Position numbers and translations under genes: made by a program. Below are positions 26,501 through 41,400 of a stretch of DNA of 64,000 nt, one piece after another. The notes beneath the pieces are model-generated. The model had not been told where the DNA came from. It did no database searches and saw nothing but the letters and a program-made list of their open reading frames with translations. How positions within the stretch are numbered: the first letter of the stretch is position 1; the number at the start of each line of letters is the position of its first letter. The DNA is from the human T2T-CHM13v2.0 reference genome, Homo sapiens: assembly GCF_009914755.1 (NCBI RefSeq), contig NC_060941.1, one strand, 5' to 3'.

Positions 26501-29500
26501 AAAGAAGACAGAAGCTTTCTCAGAAAATTCTTTGGGATGATTGAGTTGAACTCACAGAGCTGAGCATTCCTTGCGATGTAGCAGTTTAGAAACACACTTT
26601 CTGCAGAATCTGCAAGTGCATATTTGGACCTCTGTGAGGAATTCGTTGGAAACGGGATAATTTCAGCTGACTAAACAGAAGCAGTCTCAGAATCTTCTTT
26701 GTGATGTTTGCATTCAAATCCCCGAGTTGAACTTTCCTTTCAAAGTTCACGTTTGAAACACTCTTTTTGCAGGATCTACAAGTGGATATTTGGACCACTC
26801 TGTGTCCTTCGTTCGAAACGGGTATATCTTCACATGACATCTAGACAGAAGCATCCTCAGAAGCTTCTCTGTGATGACTGCATTCAACTCACGGAGTTGA
26901 ACACTCCTTTTGAGAGCGCAGTTTTGAAACTCTCTTTCTGTGGCATCTGCAAGGGGACATGTAGACCTCTTTGAAGATTTCGTTGGAAACGGAATCATCT
27001 TCACATAAAAACTATACAGATGCATTCTCAGGAACTTTTTGGTGATGTTTGTATTCAACTCCCAGAGTTGAACTTTCCTTTGGAAAGAGCAGCTATGAAA
27101 CACTCTTTTTCTAGAATCTGCAAGTGGACGTTTGGAGGGCTTTGTGGTTTGTGGTGGAAAAGGAAATATCTTCACCTAAATACTAGATAGAAGCATTCTC
27201 AGAAACTGCTTTGTGATGATTGCATTCACCTCACAGAGTTGAACATTCCTATTGATAGAGCAGTTTGGAAACACTCTTGTTGTGGAATGTGCAAGTGGAG
27301 ATTTGGAGCGCTTTGAGGCCTATGGTAGTAAAGGGAATAGCTTCATAGAAAAACTAGACAGAAGCATTCTCAGAAAATACTTTGTGATGATTGAGTTTAA
27401 CTCACAGAGCTGAACATTCCTTTGGATGGAGCAGGTTTGAGACACACCTTTTGTAGAATCTACAAGTGGATATTTGGACCTCTCTGAGGATTTCGTTGGA
27501 AACGGGATAACTGCACCTAACTAAACGGAAGCATTCTCAGAAACTTCTTGGTGATGTTTGCATTCAAATCCCAGAGTTGAACCTTCCTTTGATAGTTCAG
27601 GTTTGAAACACTCTTTTTGTAGGATCTGCAAGTGGATATTTGGACCACTCTGTGGCCTTCGTTCGAAACGGGTATATCTTCGCATAAAATCTAGACAGAA
27701 GCCTTCTCAGAAACTTCTCTGTGATGATTGCATTCAACTCACAGAGTTGAACCCTCCTATGGATAGAGCAGTGTTGAAACTCTCTTTTTGTGGAATCTGC
27801 AAGTGGATATGTGGACCTCTCCGAAGATGTCTTTGGAAACGGGAATATCTTCACATAAAAACTAAACAGAAGCATTCTCAGAAACTTCTCTGTGATGTTT
27901 GTGTTCAACTCCCAGAGTTTCACATTGCTTTTCATAGAGTAGTTCTGAAACATGCTTTTCGTAGTGTCTACAAGTGGACATTTGGAGCGCTTTCAGGCCT
28001 GTGGTGGAAAACGAATTATGGTCACATAAAAACTGGAGAGAAGCATTGTCAGAAACTTCTTTGTGATGATTGCATTCAACTCACAGAGTTGAAGGTTCCT
28101 TTTCAAAGAGCAGTTTCCAATCACTCTTTCTGTGGAATCTGCAAGTGGATATTTGGACCTATTTTGAAGATTTCGTTGGAAACGGGAGAATCTTCACAGG
28201 AAAGCTAAACAGAAGCATTCTCAGAAACTTCTTTGTGATGCTTGCATTCAACTCACAGAGTTGAACTTTCCTTTCGAGAGAGAAGCTTTGAAACACTCTT
28301 TTTCCAGAATCTGCAAGTGGACATTTGGAGGGCTTTGAGGCCTGTGGTGGAAAAGGAATTATCTTCCCGTAAAAGCTAGATAGAAGCATTCTCAGAAACT
28401 ACTTTGTGATGATTGCATTCAAGTCACAGAGTTGAACATTCCCTTTGACAGAGCAGTTTGGAAACTCTCTTTGTGTAGAATCTGCAAGTGGAGATATGGA
28501 CCGCTTTGAGGCCTATGGTAGTAAAGGAAATAGCTTCATATAAAAGCTAGACAGTAGCATTCACAGAAAACTCTTGGTGACGACTGAGTTTAACTCACAG
28601 AGCTGAACATTCCTTTGGATGGAGCAGTTTCGAAACACACTATTTGTAGAATGTGCAAGTGGATATTTAGGCCTCTCTGAGGATTTCGTTGGAAACGGGT
28701 TAAACCGCACAGAACTAAACAGAAGCATTCTCAGAACCTTCTTCGTGATGTTTGCATTCAACTCACAGTGTTGAACCTTTCTTTGATAGTTCAGGTTTGA
28801 AACGGTCTTTCTGCAGAAACTGCAAGTAGATATTTGGACCGCTCTGAGGATTTCGTTGGAAACGGGATAACCCGCACAGAACTAAAACAGAAGCATTCTC
28901 AGAACCCTCTTCGTGATGTTTGCATTCAACTCACAGTGCTGAACCTTTCTTTGATAGTTCAGCTTTGAAACACTCTTTTTGTAGAAAGTGCAAGTGGATA
29001 TTTGGTCCTCTCTGAGGATTTCGTTGGAAACGGGATAAACTGCACAGAACTAAACAGAAGCATTCTCAGAACCTTCTTCGTGATGTCTGCATTCAACTCA
29101 CAGTGTGGAACCTTTCTTTGATAGTTCAGGTTTGAAACACTCTTTTTGTAGAAACTGCAAGGGGATAATTGCACTCTTTGAGGAGTACCGTAGTAAAGGA
29201 AATAACTTCCTATAAAAAGAAGACAGAAGCTTTCTCAGAAAATTCTTTGGGATGATTGAGTTGAACTCACAGAGCTGAGCATTCCTTGCGATGTAGCAGT
29301 TTAGAAACACACTTTCTGCAGAATCTGCAAGTGCATATTTGGACCTCTGTGAGAAATTCGTTGGAAACGGGATAATTTCAGCTGACTAAACAGAAGCAGT
29401 CTCAGAATCTTCTTTGTGATGTTTGCATTCAAATCCCCGAGTTGAACTTTCCTTTCAAAGTTCACGTTTGAAACACTCTTTTTGCAGGATCTACAAGTGG

Positions 29501-29865
29501 ATATTTGGACCACTCTGTGTCCTTCGTTCGAAACGGGTATATCTTCACATGACATCTAGACAGAAGCATCCTCAGAAGCTTCTCTGTGATGACTGCATTC
29601 AACTCACGGAGTTGAACACTCCTTTTGAGAGCGCAGTTTTGAAACTCTCTTTCTGTGGCATCTGCAAGGGGACATGTAGACCTCTTTGAAGATTTCGTTG
29701 GAAACGGAATCATCTTCACATAAAAACTATACAGATGCATTCTCAGGAACTTTTTGGTGATGTTTGTATTCAACTCCCAGAGTTGAACTTTCCTTTGGAA
29801 AGAGCAGCTATGAAACACTGTTTTTCTAGAATCTGCAAGTGGACGTTTGGAGGGCTTTGTGGTTT

Positions 29866-32413
29866 GTGGTGGAAAAGGAAATATCTTCACCTAAATACTA
29901 GATAGAAGCATTCTCAGAAACTGCTTTGTGATGATTGCATTCACCTCACAGAGTTGAACATTCCTATTGATAGAGCAGTTTGGAAACACTCTTGTTGTGG
30001 AATGTGCAAGTGGAGATTTGGAGCGCTTTGAGGCCTATGGTAGTAAAGGGAATAGCTTCATAGAAAAACTAGACAGAAGCATTCTCAGAAAATACTTTGT
30101 GATGATTGAGTTTAACTCACAGAGCTGAACATTCCTTTGGATGGAGCAGGTTTGAGACACACCTTTTGTAGAATCTACAAGTGGATATTTGGACCTCTCT
30201 GAGGATTTCGTTGGAAACGGGATAACTGCACCTAACTAAACGGAAGCATTCTCAGAAACTTCTTGGTGATGTTTGCATTCAAATCCCAGAGTTGAACCTT
30301 CCTTTGATAGTTCAGGTTTGAAACACTCTTTTTGTAGGATCTGCAAGTGGATATTTGGACCACTCTGTGGCCTTCGTTCGAAACGGGTATATCTTCGCAT
30401 AAAATCTAGACAGAAGCCTTCTCAGAAACTTCTCTGTGATGATTGCATTCAACTCACAGAGTTGAACCCTCCTATGGATAGAGCAGTGTTGAAACTCTCT
30501 TTTTGTGGAATCTGCAAGTGGATATGTGGACCTCTCCGAAGATGTCTTTGGAAACGGGAATATCTTCACATAAAAACTAAACAGAAGCATTCTCAGAAAC
30601 TTCTCTGTGATGTTTGTGTTCAACTCCCAGAGTTTCACATTGCTTTTCATAGAGTAGTTCTGAAACATGCTTTTCGTAGTGTCTACAAGTGGACATTTGG
30701 AGCGCTTTCAGGCCTGTGGTGGAAAACGAATTATGGTCACATAAAAACTGGAGAGAAGCATTGTCAGAAACTTCTTTGTGATGATTGCATTCAACTCACA
30801 GAGTTGAAGGTTCCTTTTCAAAGAGCAGTTTCCAATCACTCTTTCTGTGGAATCTGCAAGTGGATATTTGGACCTATTTTGAAGATTTCGTTGGAAACGG
30901 GAGAATCTTCACAGGAAAGCTAAACAGAAGCATTCTCAGAAACTTCTTTGTGATGCTTGCATTCAACTCACAGAGTTGAACTTTCCTTTCGAGAGAGAAG
31001 CTTTGAAACACTCTTTTTCCAGAATCTGCAAGTGGACATTTGGAGGGCTTTGAGGCCTGTGGTGGAAAAGGAATTATCTTCCCGTAAAAGCTAGATAGAA
31101 GCATTCTCAGAAACTACTTTGTGATGATTGCATTCAAGTCACAGAGTTGAACATTCCCTTTGACAGAGCAGTTTGGAAACTCTCTTTGTGTAGAATCTGC
31201 AAGTGGAGATATGGACCGCTTTGAGGCCTATGGTAGTAAAGGAAATAGCTTCATATAAAAGCTAGACAGTAGCATTCACAGAAAACTCTTGGTGACGACT
31301 GAGTTTAACTCACAGAGCTGAACATTCCTTTGGATGGAGCAGTTTCAAAACACACTATTTGTAGAATGTGCAAGTGGATATTTAGGCCTCTCTGAGGATT
31401 TCGTTGGAAACGGGTTAAACCGCACAGAACTAAACAGAAGCATTCTCAGAACCTTCTTCGTGATGTTTGCATTCAACTCACAGTGTTGAACCTTTCTTTG
31501 ATAGTTCAGGTTTGAAACGGTCTTTCTGCAGAAACTGCAAGTAGATATTTGGACCGCTCTGAGGATTTCGTTGGAAACGGGATAACCCGCACAGAACTAA
31601 AACAGAAGCATTCTCAGAACCCTCTTCGTGATGTCTGCATTCAACTCACAGTGTGGAACCTTTCTTTGATAGTTCAGGTTTGAAACACTCTTTTTGTAGA
31701 AACTGCAAGGGGATAATTGCACTCTTTGAGGAGTACCGTAGTAAAGGAAATAACTTCCTATAAAAAGAAGACAGAAGCTTTCTCAGAAAATTCTTTGGGA
31801 TGATTGAGTTGAACTCACAGAGCTGAGCATTCCTTGCGATGTAGCAGTTTAGAAACACACTTTCTGCAGAATCTGCAAGTGCATATTTGGACCTCTGTGA
31901 GGAATTCGTTGGAAACGGGATAATTTCAGCTGACTAAACAGAAGCAGTCTCAGAATCTTCTTTGTGATGTTTGCATTCAAATCCCCGAGTTGAACTTTCC
32001 TTTCAAAGTTCACGTTTGAAACACTCTTTTTGCAGGATCTACAAGTGGATATTTGGACCACTCTGTGTCCTTCGTTCGAAACGGGTATATCTTCACATGA
32101 CATCTAGACAGAAGCATCCTCAGAAGCTTCTCTGTGATGACTGCATTCAACTCACGGAGTTGAACACTCCTTTTGAGAGCGCAGTTTTGAAACTCTCTTT
32201 CTGTGGCATCTGCAAGGGGACATGTAGACCTCTTTGAAGATTTCGTTGGAAACGGAATCATCTTCACATAAAAACTATACAGATGCATTCTCAGGAACTT
32301 TTTGGTGATGTTTGTATTCAACTCCCAGAGTTGAACTTTCCTTTGGAAAGAGCAGCTATGAAACACTCTTTTTCTAGAATCTGCAAGTGGACGTTTGGAG
32401 GGCTCTGTGGTTT
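29866..32413 (+). repeat. 15-mer deletion-variant HOR (2,548 bp)
   Basis: ORF spacing 30273->32821 is 2,548, which is 2,715 minus 167. The monomer starting at 31609 is a hybrid of the 1744-type and 1911-type monomers. Confidence 0.95.
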
Positions 32414-35400
32414 GTGGTGGAAAAGGAAATATCTTCACCTAAATACTAGATAGAAGCATTCTCAGAAACTGCTTTGTGATGATTGCATTCACCTCACAGA
32501 GTTGAACATTCCTATTGATAGAGCAGTTTGGAAACACTCTTGTTGTGGAATGTGCAAGTGGAGATTTGGAGCGCTTTGAGGCCTATGGTAGTAAAGGGAA
32601 TAGCTTCATAGAAAAACTAGACAGAAGCATTCTCAGAAAATACTTTGTGATGATTGAGTTTAACTCACAGAGCTGAACATTCCTTTGGATGGAGCAGGTT
32701 TGAGACACACTTTTTGTAGAATCTACAAGTGGATATTTGGACCTCTCTGAGGATTTCGTTGGAAACGGGATAACTGCACCTAACTAAACGGAAGCATTCT
32801 CAGAAACTTCTTGGTGATGTTTGCATTCAAATCCCAGAGTTGAACCTTCCTTTGATAGTTCAGGTTTGAAACACTCTTTTTGTAGGATCTGCAAGTGGAT
32901 ATTTGGACCACTCTGTGGCCTTCGTTCGAAACGGGTACATCTTCGCATAAAATCTAGACAGAAGCCTTCTCAGAAACTTCTCTGTGATGATTGCATTCAA
33001 CTCACAGAGTTGAACCCTCCTATGGATAGAGCAGTGTTGAAACTCTCTTTTTGTGGAATCTGCAAGTGGATATGTGGACCTCTCCGAAGATGTCTTTGGA
33101 AACGGGAATATCTTCACATAAAAACTAAACAGAAGCATTCTCAGAAACTTCTCTGTGATGTTTGTGTTCAACTCCCAGAGTTTCACATTGCTTTTCATAG
33201 AGTAGTTCTGAAACATGCTTTTCGTAGTGTCTACAAGTGGACATTTGGAGCGCTTTCAGGCCTGTGGTGGAAAACGAATTATGGTCACATAAAAACTGGA
33301 GAGAAGCATTGTCAGAAACTTCTTTGTGATGATTGCATTCAACTCACAGAGTTGAAGGTTCCTTTTCAAAGAGCAGTTTCCAATCACTCTTTGTGTGGAA
33401 TCTGCAAGTGGATATTCGGACCTATTTTGAAGATTTCGTTGGAAACGGGAGAATCTTCACAGGAAAGCTAAACAGAAGCATTCTCAGAAACTTCTTTGTG
33501 ATGCTTGCATTCAACTCACAGAGTTGAACTTTCCTTTCGAGAGAGAAGCTTTGAAACACTCTTTTTCCAGAATCTGCAAGTGGACATTTGGAGGGCTTTG
33601 AGGCCTGTGGTGGAAAAGGAATTATCTTCCCGTAAAAGCTAGATAGAAGCATTCTCAGAAACTACTTTGTGATGATTGCATTCAAGTCACAGAGTTGAAC
33701 ATTCCCTTTGACAGAGCAGTTTGGAAACTCTCTTTGTGTAGAATCTGCAAGTGGAGATATGGACCGCTTTGAGGCCTATGGTAGTAAAGGAAATAGCTTC
33801 ATATAAAAGCTAGACAGTAGCATTCACAGAAAACTCTTGGTGACGACTGAGTTTAACTCACAGAGCTGAACATTCCTTTGGATGGAGCAGTTTCGAAACA
33901 CACTATTTGTAGAATGTGCAAGTGGATATTTAGGCCTCTCTGAGGATTTCGTTGGAAACGGGATAAACCGCACAGAACTAAACAGAAGCATTCTCAGAAC
34001 CTTCTTCGTGATGTTTGCATTCAACTCACAGTGTTGAACCTTTCTTTGATAGTTCAGGTTTGAAACGGTCTTTCTGTAGAAACTGCAAGTAGATATTTGG
34101 ACCTCTCTGAGGATTTCGTTGGAAACGGGATAACCCGCACAGAACTAAAACAGAAGCATTCTCAGAACCCTCTTCGTGATGTTTGCATTCAACTCACAGT
34201 GCTGAACCTTTCTTTGATAGTTCAGCTTTGAAACACTCTTTTTGTAGAAACTGCAAGTGGATATTTGGTCCTCTCTGAGCATTTCGTTGGAAACGGGATA
34301 AACTGCACAGAACTAAACAGAAGCATTCTCAGAACCTTCTTCGTGATGTCTGCATTCAACTCACAGTGTGGAACCTTTCTTTGATAGTTCAGGTTTGAAA
34401 CACTCTTTTTGTAGAAACTGCAAGGGGATAATTGCACTCTTTGAGGAGTACCGTAGTAAAGGAAATAACTTCCTATAAAAAGAAGACAGAAGCTTTCTCA
34501 GAAAATTCTTTGGGATGATTGAGTTGAACTCACAGAGCTGAGCATTCCTTGCGATGTAGCAGTTTAGAAACACACTTTCTGCAGAATCTGCAAGTGCATA
34601 TTTGGACCTCTGTGAGGAATTCGTTGGAAACGGGATAATTTCAGCTGACTAAACAGAAGCAGTCTCAGAATCTTCTTTGTGATGTTTGCATTCAAATCCC
34701 CGAGTTGAACTTTCCTTTCAAAGTTCACGTTTGAAACACTCTTTTTGCAGGATCTACAAGTGGATATTTGGACCACTCTGTGTCCTTCGTTCGAAACGGG
34801 TATATCTTCACATGACATCTAGACAGAAGCATCCTCAGAAGCTTCTCTGTGATGACTGCATTCAACTCACGGAGTTGAACACTCCTTTTGAGAGCGCAGT
34901 TTTGAAACTCTCTTTCTGTGGCATCTGCAAGGGGACATGTAGACCTCTTTGAAGATTTCGTTGGAAACGGAATCATCTTCACATAAAAACTATACAGATG
35001 CATTCTCAGGAACTTTTTGGTGATGTTTGTATTCAACTCCCAGAGTTGAACTTTCCTTTGGAAAGAGCAGCTATGAAACACTCTTTTTCTAGAATCTGCA
35101 AGTGGACGTTTGGAGGGCTTTGTGGTTTGTGGTGGAAAAGGAAATATCTTCACCTAAATACTAGATAGAAGCATTCTCAGAAACTGCTTTGTGATGATTG
35201 CATTCACCTCACAGAGTTGAACATTCCTATTGATAGAGCAGTTTGGAAACACTCTTGTTGTGGAATGTGCAAGTGGAGATTTGGAGCGCTTTGAGGCCTA
35301 TGGTAGTAAAGGGAATAGCTTCATAGAAAAACTAGACAGAAGCATTCTCAGAAAATACTTTGTGATGATTGAGTTTAACTCACAGAGCTGAACATTCCTT

Positions 35401-38400
35401 TGGATGGAGCAGGTTTGAGACACACTTTTTGTAGAATCTACAAGTGGATATTTGGACCTCTCTGAGGATTTCGTTGGAAACGGGATAACTGCACCTAACT
35501 AAACGGAAGCATTCTCAGAAACTTCTTGGTGATGTTTGCATTCAAATCCCAGAGTTGAACCTTCCTTTGATAGTTCAGGTTTGAAACACTCTTTTTGTAG
35601 GATCTGCAAGTGGATATTTGGACCACTCTGTGGCCTTCGTTCGAAACGGGTATATCTTCGCATAAAATCTAGACAGAAGCCTTCTCAGAAACTTCTCTGT
35701 GATGATTGCATTCAACTCACAGAGTTGAACCCTCCTATGGATAGAGCAGTGTTGAAACTCTCTTTTTGTGGAATCTGCAAGTGGATATGTGGACCTCTCC
35801 GAAGATGTCTTTGGAAACGGGAATATCTTCACATAAAAACTAAACAGAAGCATTCTCAGAAACTTCTCTGTGATGTTTGTGTTCAACTCCCAGAGTTTCA
35901 CATTGCTTTTCATAGAGTAGTTCTGAAACATGCTTTTCGTAGTGTCTACAAGTGGACATTTGGAGCGCTTTCAGGCCTGTGGTGGAAAACGAATTATGGT
36001 CACATAAAAACTGGAGAGAAGCATTGTCAGAAACTTCTTTGTGATGATTGCATTCAACTCACAGAGTTGAAGGTTCCTTTTCAAAGAGCAGTTTCCAATC
36101 ACTCTTTGTGTGGAATCTGCAAGTGGATATTCGGACCTATTTTGAAGATTTCGTTGGAAACGGGAGAATCTTCACAGGAAAGCTAAACAGAAGCATTCTC
36201 AGAAACTTCTTTGTGATGCTTGCATTCAACTCACAGAGTTGAACTTTCCTTTCGAGAGAGAAGCTTTGAAACACTCTTTTTCCAGAATCTGCAAGTGGAC
36301 ATTTGGAGGGCTTTGAGGCCTGTGGTGGAAAAGGAATTATCTTCCCGTAAAAGCTAGATAGAAGCATTCTCAGAAACTACTTTGTGATGATTGCATTCAA
36401 GTCACAGAGTTGAACATTCCCTTTGACAGAGCAGTTTGGAAACTCTCTTTGTGTAGAATCTGCAAGTGGAGATATGGACCGCTTTGAGGCCTATGGTAGT
36501 AAAGGAAATAGCTTCATATAAAAGCTAGACAGTAGCATTCACAGAAAACTCTTGGTGACGACTGAGTTTAACTCACAGAGCTGAACATTCCTTTGGATGG
36601 AGCAGTTTCGAAACACACTATTTGTAGAATGTGCAAGTGGATATTTAGGCCTCTCTGAGGATTTCGTTGGAAACGGGATAAACCGCACAGAACTAAACAG
36701 AAGCATTCTCAGAACCTTCTTCGTGATGTTTGCATTCAACTCACAGTGTTGAACCTTTCTTTGATAGTTCAGGTTTGAAACGGTCTTTCTGTAGAAACTG
36801 CAAGTAGATATTTGGACCTCTCTGAGGATTTCGTTGGAAACGGGATAACCCGCACAGAACTAAAACAGAAGCATTCTCAGAACCCTCTTCGTGATGTTTG
36901 CATTCAACTCACAGTGCTGAACCTTTCTTTGATAGTTCAGCTTTGAAACACTCTTTTTGTAGAAACTGCAAGTGGATATTTGGTCCTCTCTGAGCATTTC
37001 GTTGGAAACGGGATAAACTGCACAGAACTAAACAGAAGCATTCTCAGAACCTTCTTCGTGATGTCTGCATTCAACTCACAGTGTGGAACCTTTCTTTGAT
37101 AGTTCAGGTTTGAAACACTCTTTTTGTAGAAACTGCAAGGGGATAATTGCACTCTTTGAGGAGTACCGTAGTAAAGGAAATAACTTCCTATAAAAAGAAG
37201 ACAGAAGCTTTCTCAGAAAATTCTTTGGGATGATTGAGTTGAACTCACAGAGCTGAGCATTCCTTGCGATGTAGCAGTTTAGAAACACACTTTCTGCAGA
37301 ATCTGCAAGTGCATATTTGGACCTCTGTGAGGAATTCGTTGGAAACGGGATAATTTCAGCTGACTAAACAGAAGCAGTCTCAGAATCTTCTTTGTGATGT
37401 TTGCATTCAAATCCCCGAGTTGAACTTTCCTTTCAAAGTTCACGTTTGAAACACTCTTTTTGCAGGATCTACAAGTGGATATTTGGACCACTCTGTGTCC
37501 TTCGTTCGAAACGGGTATATCTTCACATGACATCTAGACAGAAGCATCCTCAGAAGCTTCTCTGTGATGACTGCATTCAACTCACGGAGTTGAACACTCC
37601 TTTTGAGAGCGCAGTTTTGAAACTCTCTTTCTGTGGCATCTGCAAGGGGACATGTAGACCTCTTTGAAGATTTCGTTGGAAACGGAATCATCTTCACATA
37701 AAAACTATACAGATGCATTCTCAGGAACTTTTTGGTGATGTTTGTATTCAACTCCCAGAGTTGAACTTTCCTTTGGAAAGAGCAGCTATGAAACACTGTT
37801 TTTCTAGAATCTGCAAGTGGACGTTTGGAGGGCTTTGTGGTTTGTGGTGGAAAAGGAAATATCTTCACCTAAATACTAGATAGAAGCATTCTCAGAAACT
37901 GCTTTGTGATGATTGCATTCACCTCACAGAGTTGAACATTCCTATTGATAGAGCAGTTTGGAAACACTCTTGTTGTGGAATGTGCAAGTGGAGATTTGGA
38001 GCGCTTTGAGGCCTATGGTAGTAAAGGGAATAGCTTCATAGAAAAACTAGACAGAAGCATTCTCAGAAAATACTTTGTGATGATTGAGTTTAACTCACAG
38101 AGCTGAACATTCCTTTGGATGGAGCAGGTTTGAGACACACCTTTTGTAGAATCTACAAGTGGATATTTGGACCTCTCTGAGGATTTCGTTGGAAACGGGA
38201 TAACTGCACCTAACTAAACGGAAGCATTCTCAGAAACTTCTTGGTGATGTTTGCATTCAAATCCCAGAGTTGAACCTTCCTTTGATAGTTCAGGTTTGAA
38301 ACACTCTTTTTGTAGGATCTGCAAGTGGATATTTGGACCACTCTGTGGCCTTCGTTCGAAACGGGTATATCTTCGCATAAAATCTAGACAGAAGCCTTCT

Positions 38401-41400
38401 CAGAAACTTCTCTGTGATGATTGCATTCAACTCACAGAGTTGAACCCTCCTATGGATAGAGCAGTGTTGAAACTCTCTTTTTGTGGAATCTGCAAGTGGA
38501 TATGTGGACCTCTCCGAAGATGTCTTTGGAAACGGGAATATCTTCACATAAAAACTAAACAGAAGCATTCTCAGAAACTTCTCTGTGATGTTTGTGTTCA
38601 ACTCCCAGAGTTTCACATTGCTTTTCATAGAGTAGTTCTGAAACATGCTTTTCGTAGTGTCTACAAGTGGACATTTGGAGCGCTTTCAGGCCTGTGGTGG
38701 AAAACGAATTATGGTCACATAAAAACTGGAGAGAAGCATTGTCAGAAACTTCTTTGTGATGATTGCATTCAACTCACAGAGTTGAAGGTTCCTTTTCAAA
38801 GAGCAGTTTCCAATCACTCTTTCTGTGGAATCTGCAAGTGGATATTTGGACCTATTTTGAAGATTTCGTTGGAAACGGGAGAATCTTCACAGGAAAGCTA
38901 AACAGAAGCATTCTCAGAAACTTCTTTGTGATGCTTGCATTCAACTCACAGAGTTGAACTTTCCTTTCGAGAGAGAAGCTTTGAAACACTCTTTTTCCAG
39001 AATCTGCAAGTGGACATTTGGAGGGCTTTGAGGCCTGTGGTGGAAAAGGAATTATCTTCCCGTAAAAGCTAGATAGAAGCATTCTCAGAAACTACTTTGT
39101 GATGATTGCATTCAAGTCACAGAGTTGAACATTCCCTTTGACAGAGCAGTTTGGAAACTCTCTTTGTGTAGAATCTGCAAGTGGAGATATGGACCGCTTT
39201 GAGGCCTATGGTAGTAAAGGAAATAGCTTCATATAAAAGCTAGACAGTAGCATTCACAGAAAACTCTTGGTGACGACTGAGTTTAACTCACAGAGCTGAA
39301 CATTCCTTTGGATGGAGCAGTTTCGAAACACACTATTTGTAGAATGTGCAAGTGGATATTTAGGCCTCTCTGAGGATTTCGTTGGAAACGGGATAAACCG
39401 CACAGAACTAAACAGAAGCATTCTCAGAACCTTCTTCGTGATGTTTGCATTCAACTCACAGTGTTGAACCTTTCTTTGATAGTTCAGGTTTGAAACGGTC
39501 TTTCTGTAGAAACTGCAAGTAGATATTTGGACCTCTCTGAGGATTTCGTTGGAAACGGGATAACCCGCACAGAACTAAAACAGAAGCATTCTCAGAACCC
39601 TCTTCGTGATGTTTGCATTCAACTCACAGTGCTGAACCTTTCTTTGATAGTTCAGCTTTGAAACACTCTTTTTGTAGAAACTGCAAGTGGATATTTGGTC
39701 CTCTCTGAGCATTTCGTTGGAAACGGGATAAACTGCACAGAACTAAACAGAAGCATTCTCAGAACCTTCTTCGTGATGTCTGCATTCAACTCACAGTGTG
39801 GAACCTTTCTTTGATAGTTCAGGTTTGAAACACTCTTTTTGTAGAAACTGCAAGGGGATAATTGCACTCTTTGAGGAGTACCGTAGTAAAGGAAATAACT
39901 TCCTATAAAAAGAAGACAGAAGCTTTCTCAGAAAATTCTTTGGGATGATTGAGTTGAACTCACAGAGCTGAGCATTCCTTGCGATGTAGCAGTTTAGAAA
40001 CACACTTTCTGCAGAATCTGCAAGTGCATATTTGGACCTCTGTGAGGAATTCGTTGGAAACGGGATAATTTCAGCTGACTAAACAGAAGCAGTCTCAGAA
40101 TCTTCTTTGTGATGTTTGCATTCAAATCCCCGAGTTGAACTTTCCTTTCAAAGTTCACGTTTGAAACACTCTTTTTGCAGGATCTACAAGTGGATATTTG
40201 GACCACTCTGTGTCCTTCGTTCGAAACGGGTATATCTTCACATGACATCTAGACAGAAGCATCCTCAGAAGCTTCTCTGTGATGACTGCATTCAACTCAC
40301 GGAGTTGAACACTCCTTTTGAGAGCGCAGTTTTGAAACTCTCTTTCTGTGGCATCTGCAAGGGGACATGTAGACCTCTTTGAAGATTTCGTTGGAAACGG
40401 AATCATCTTCACATAAAAACTATACAGATGCATTCTCAGGAACTTTTTGGTGATGTTTGTATTCAACTCCCAGAGTTGAACTTTCCTTTGGAAAGAGCAG
40501 CTATGAAACACTGTTTTTCTAGAATCTGCAAGTGGACGTTTGGAGGGCTTTGTGGTTTGTGGTGGAAAAGGAAATATCTTCACCTAAATACTAGATAGAA
40601 GCATTCTCAGAAACTGCTTTGTGATGATTGCATTCACCTCACAGAGTTGAACATTCCTATTGATAGAGCAGTTTGGAAACACTCTTGTTGTGGAATGTGC
40701 AAGTGGAGATTTGGAGCGCTTTGAGGCCTATGGTAGTAAAGGGAATAGCTTCATAGAAAAACTAGACAGAAGCATTCTCAGAAAATACTTTGTGATGATT
40801 GAGTTTAACTCACAGAGCTGAACATTCCTTTGGATGGAGCAGGTTTGAGACACACTTTTTGTAGAATCTACAAGTGGATATTTGGACCTCTCTGAGGATT
40901 TCGTTGGAAACGGGATAACTGCACCTAACTAAACGGAAGCATTCTCAGAAACTTCTTGGTGATGTTTGCATTCAAATCCCAGAGTTGAACCTTCCTTTGA
41001 TAGTTCAGGTTTGAAACACTCTTTTTGTAGGATCTGCAAGTGGATATTTGGACCACTCTGTGGCCTTCGTTCGAAACGGGTATATCTTCGCATAAAATCT
41101 AGACAGAAGCCTTCTCAGAAACTTCTCTGTGATGATTGCATTCAACTCACAGAGTTGAACCCTCCTATGGATAGAGCAGTGTTGAAACTCTCTTTTTGTG
41201 GAATCTGCAAGTGGATATGTGGACCTCTCCGAAGATGTCTTTGGAAACGGGAATATCTTCACATAAAAACTAAACAGAAGCATTCTCAGAAACTTCTCTG
41301 TGATGTTTGTGTTCAACTCCCAGAGTTTCACATTGCTTTTCATAGAGTAGTTCTGAAACATGCTTTTCGTAGTGTCTACAAGTGGACATTTGGAGCGCTT

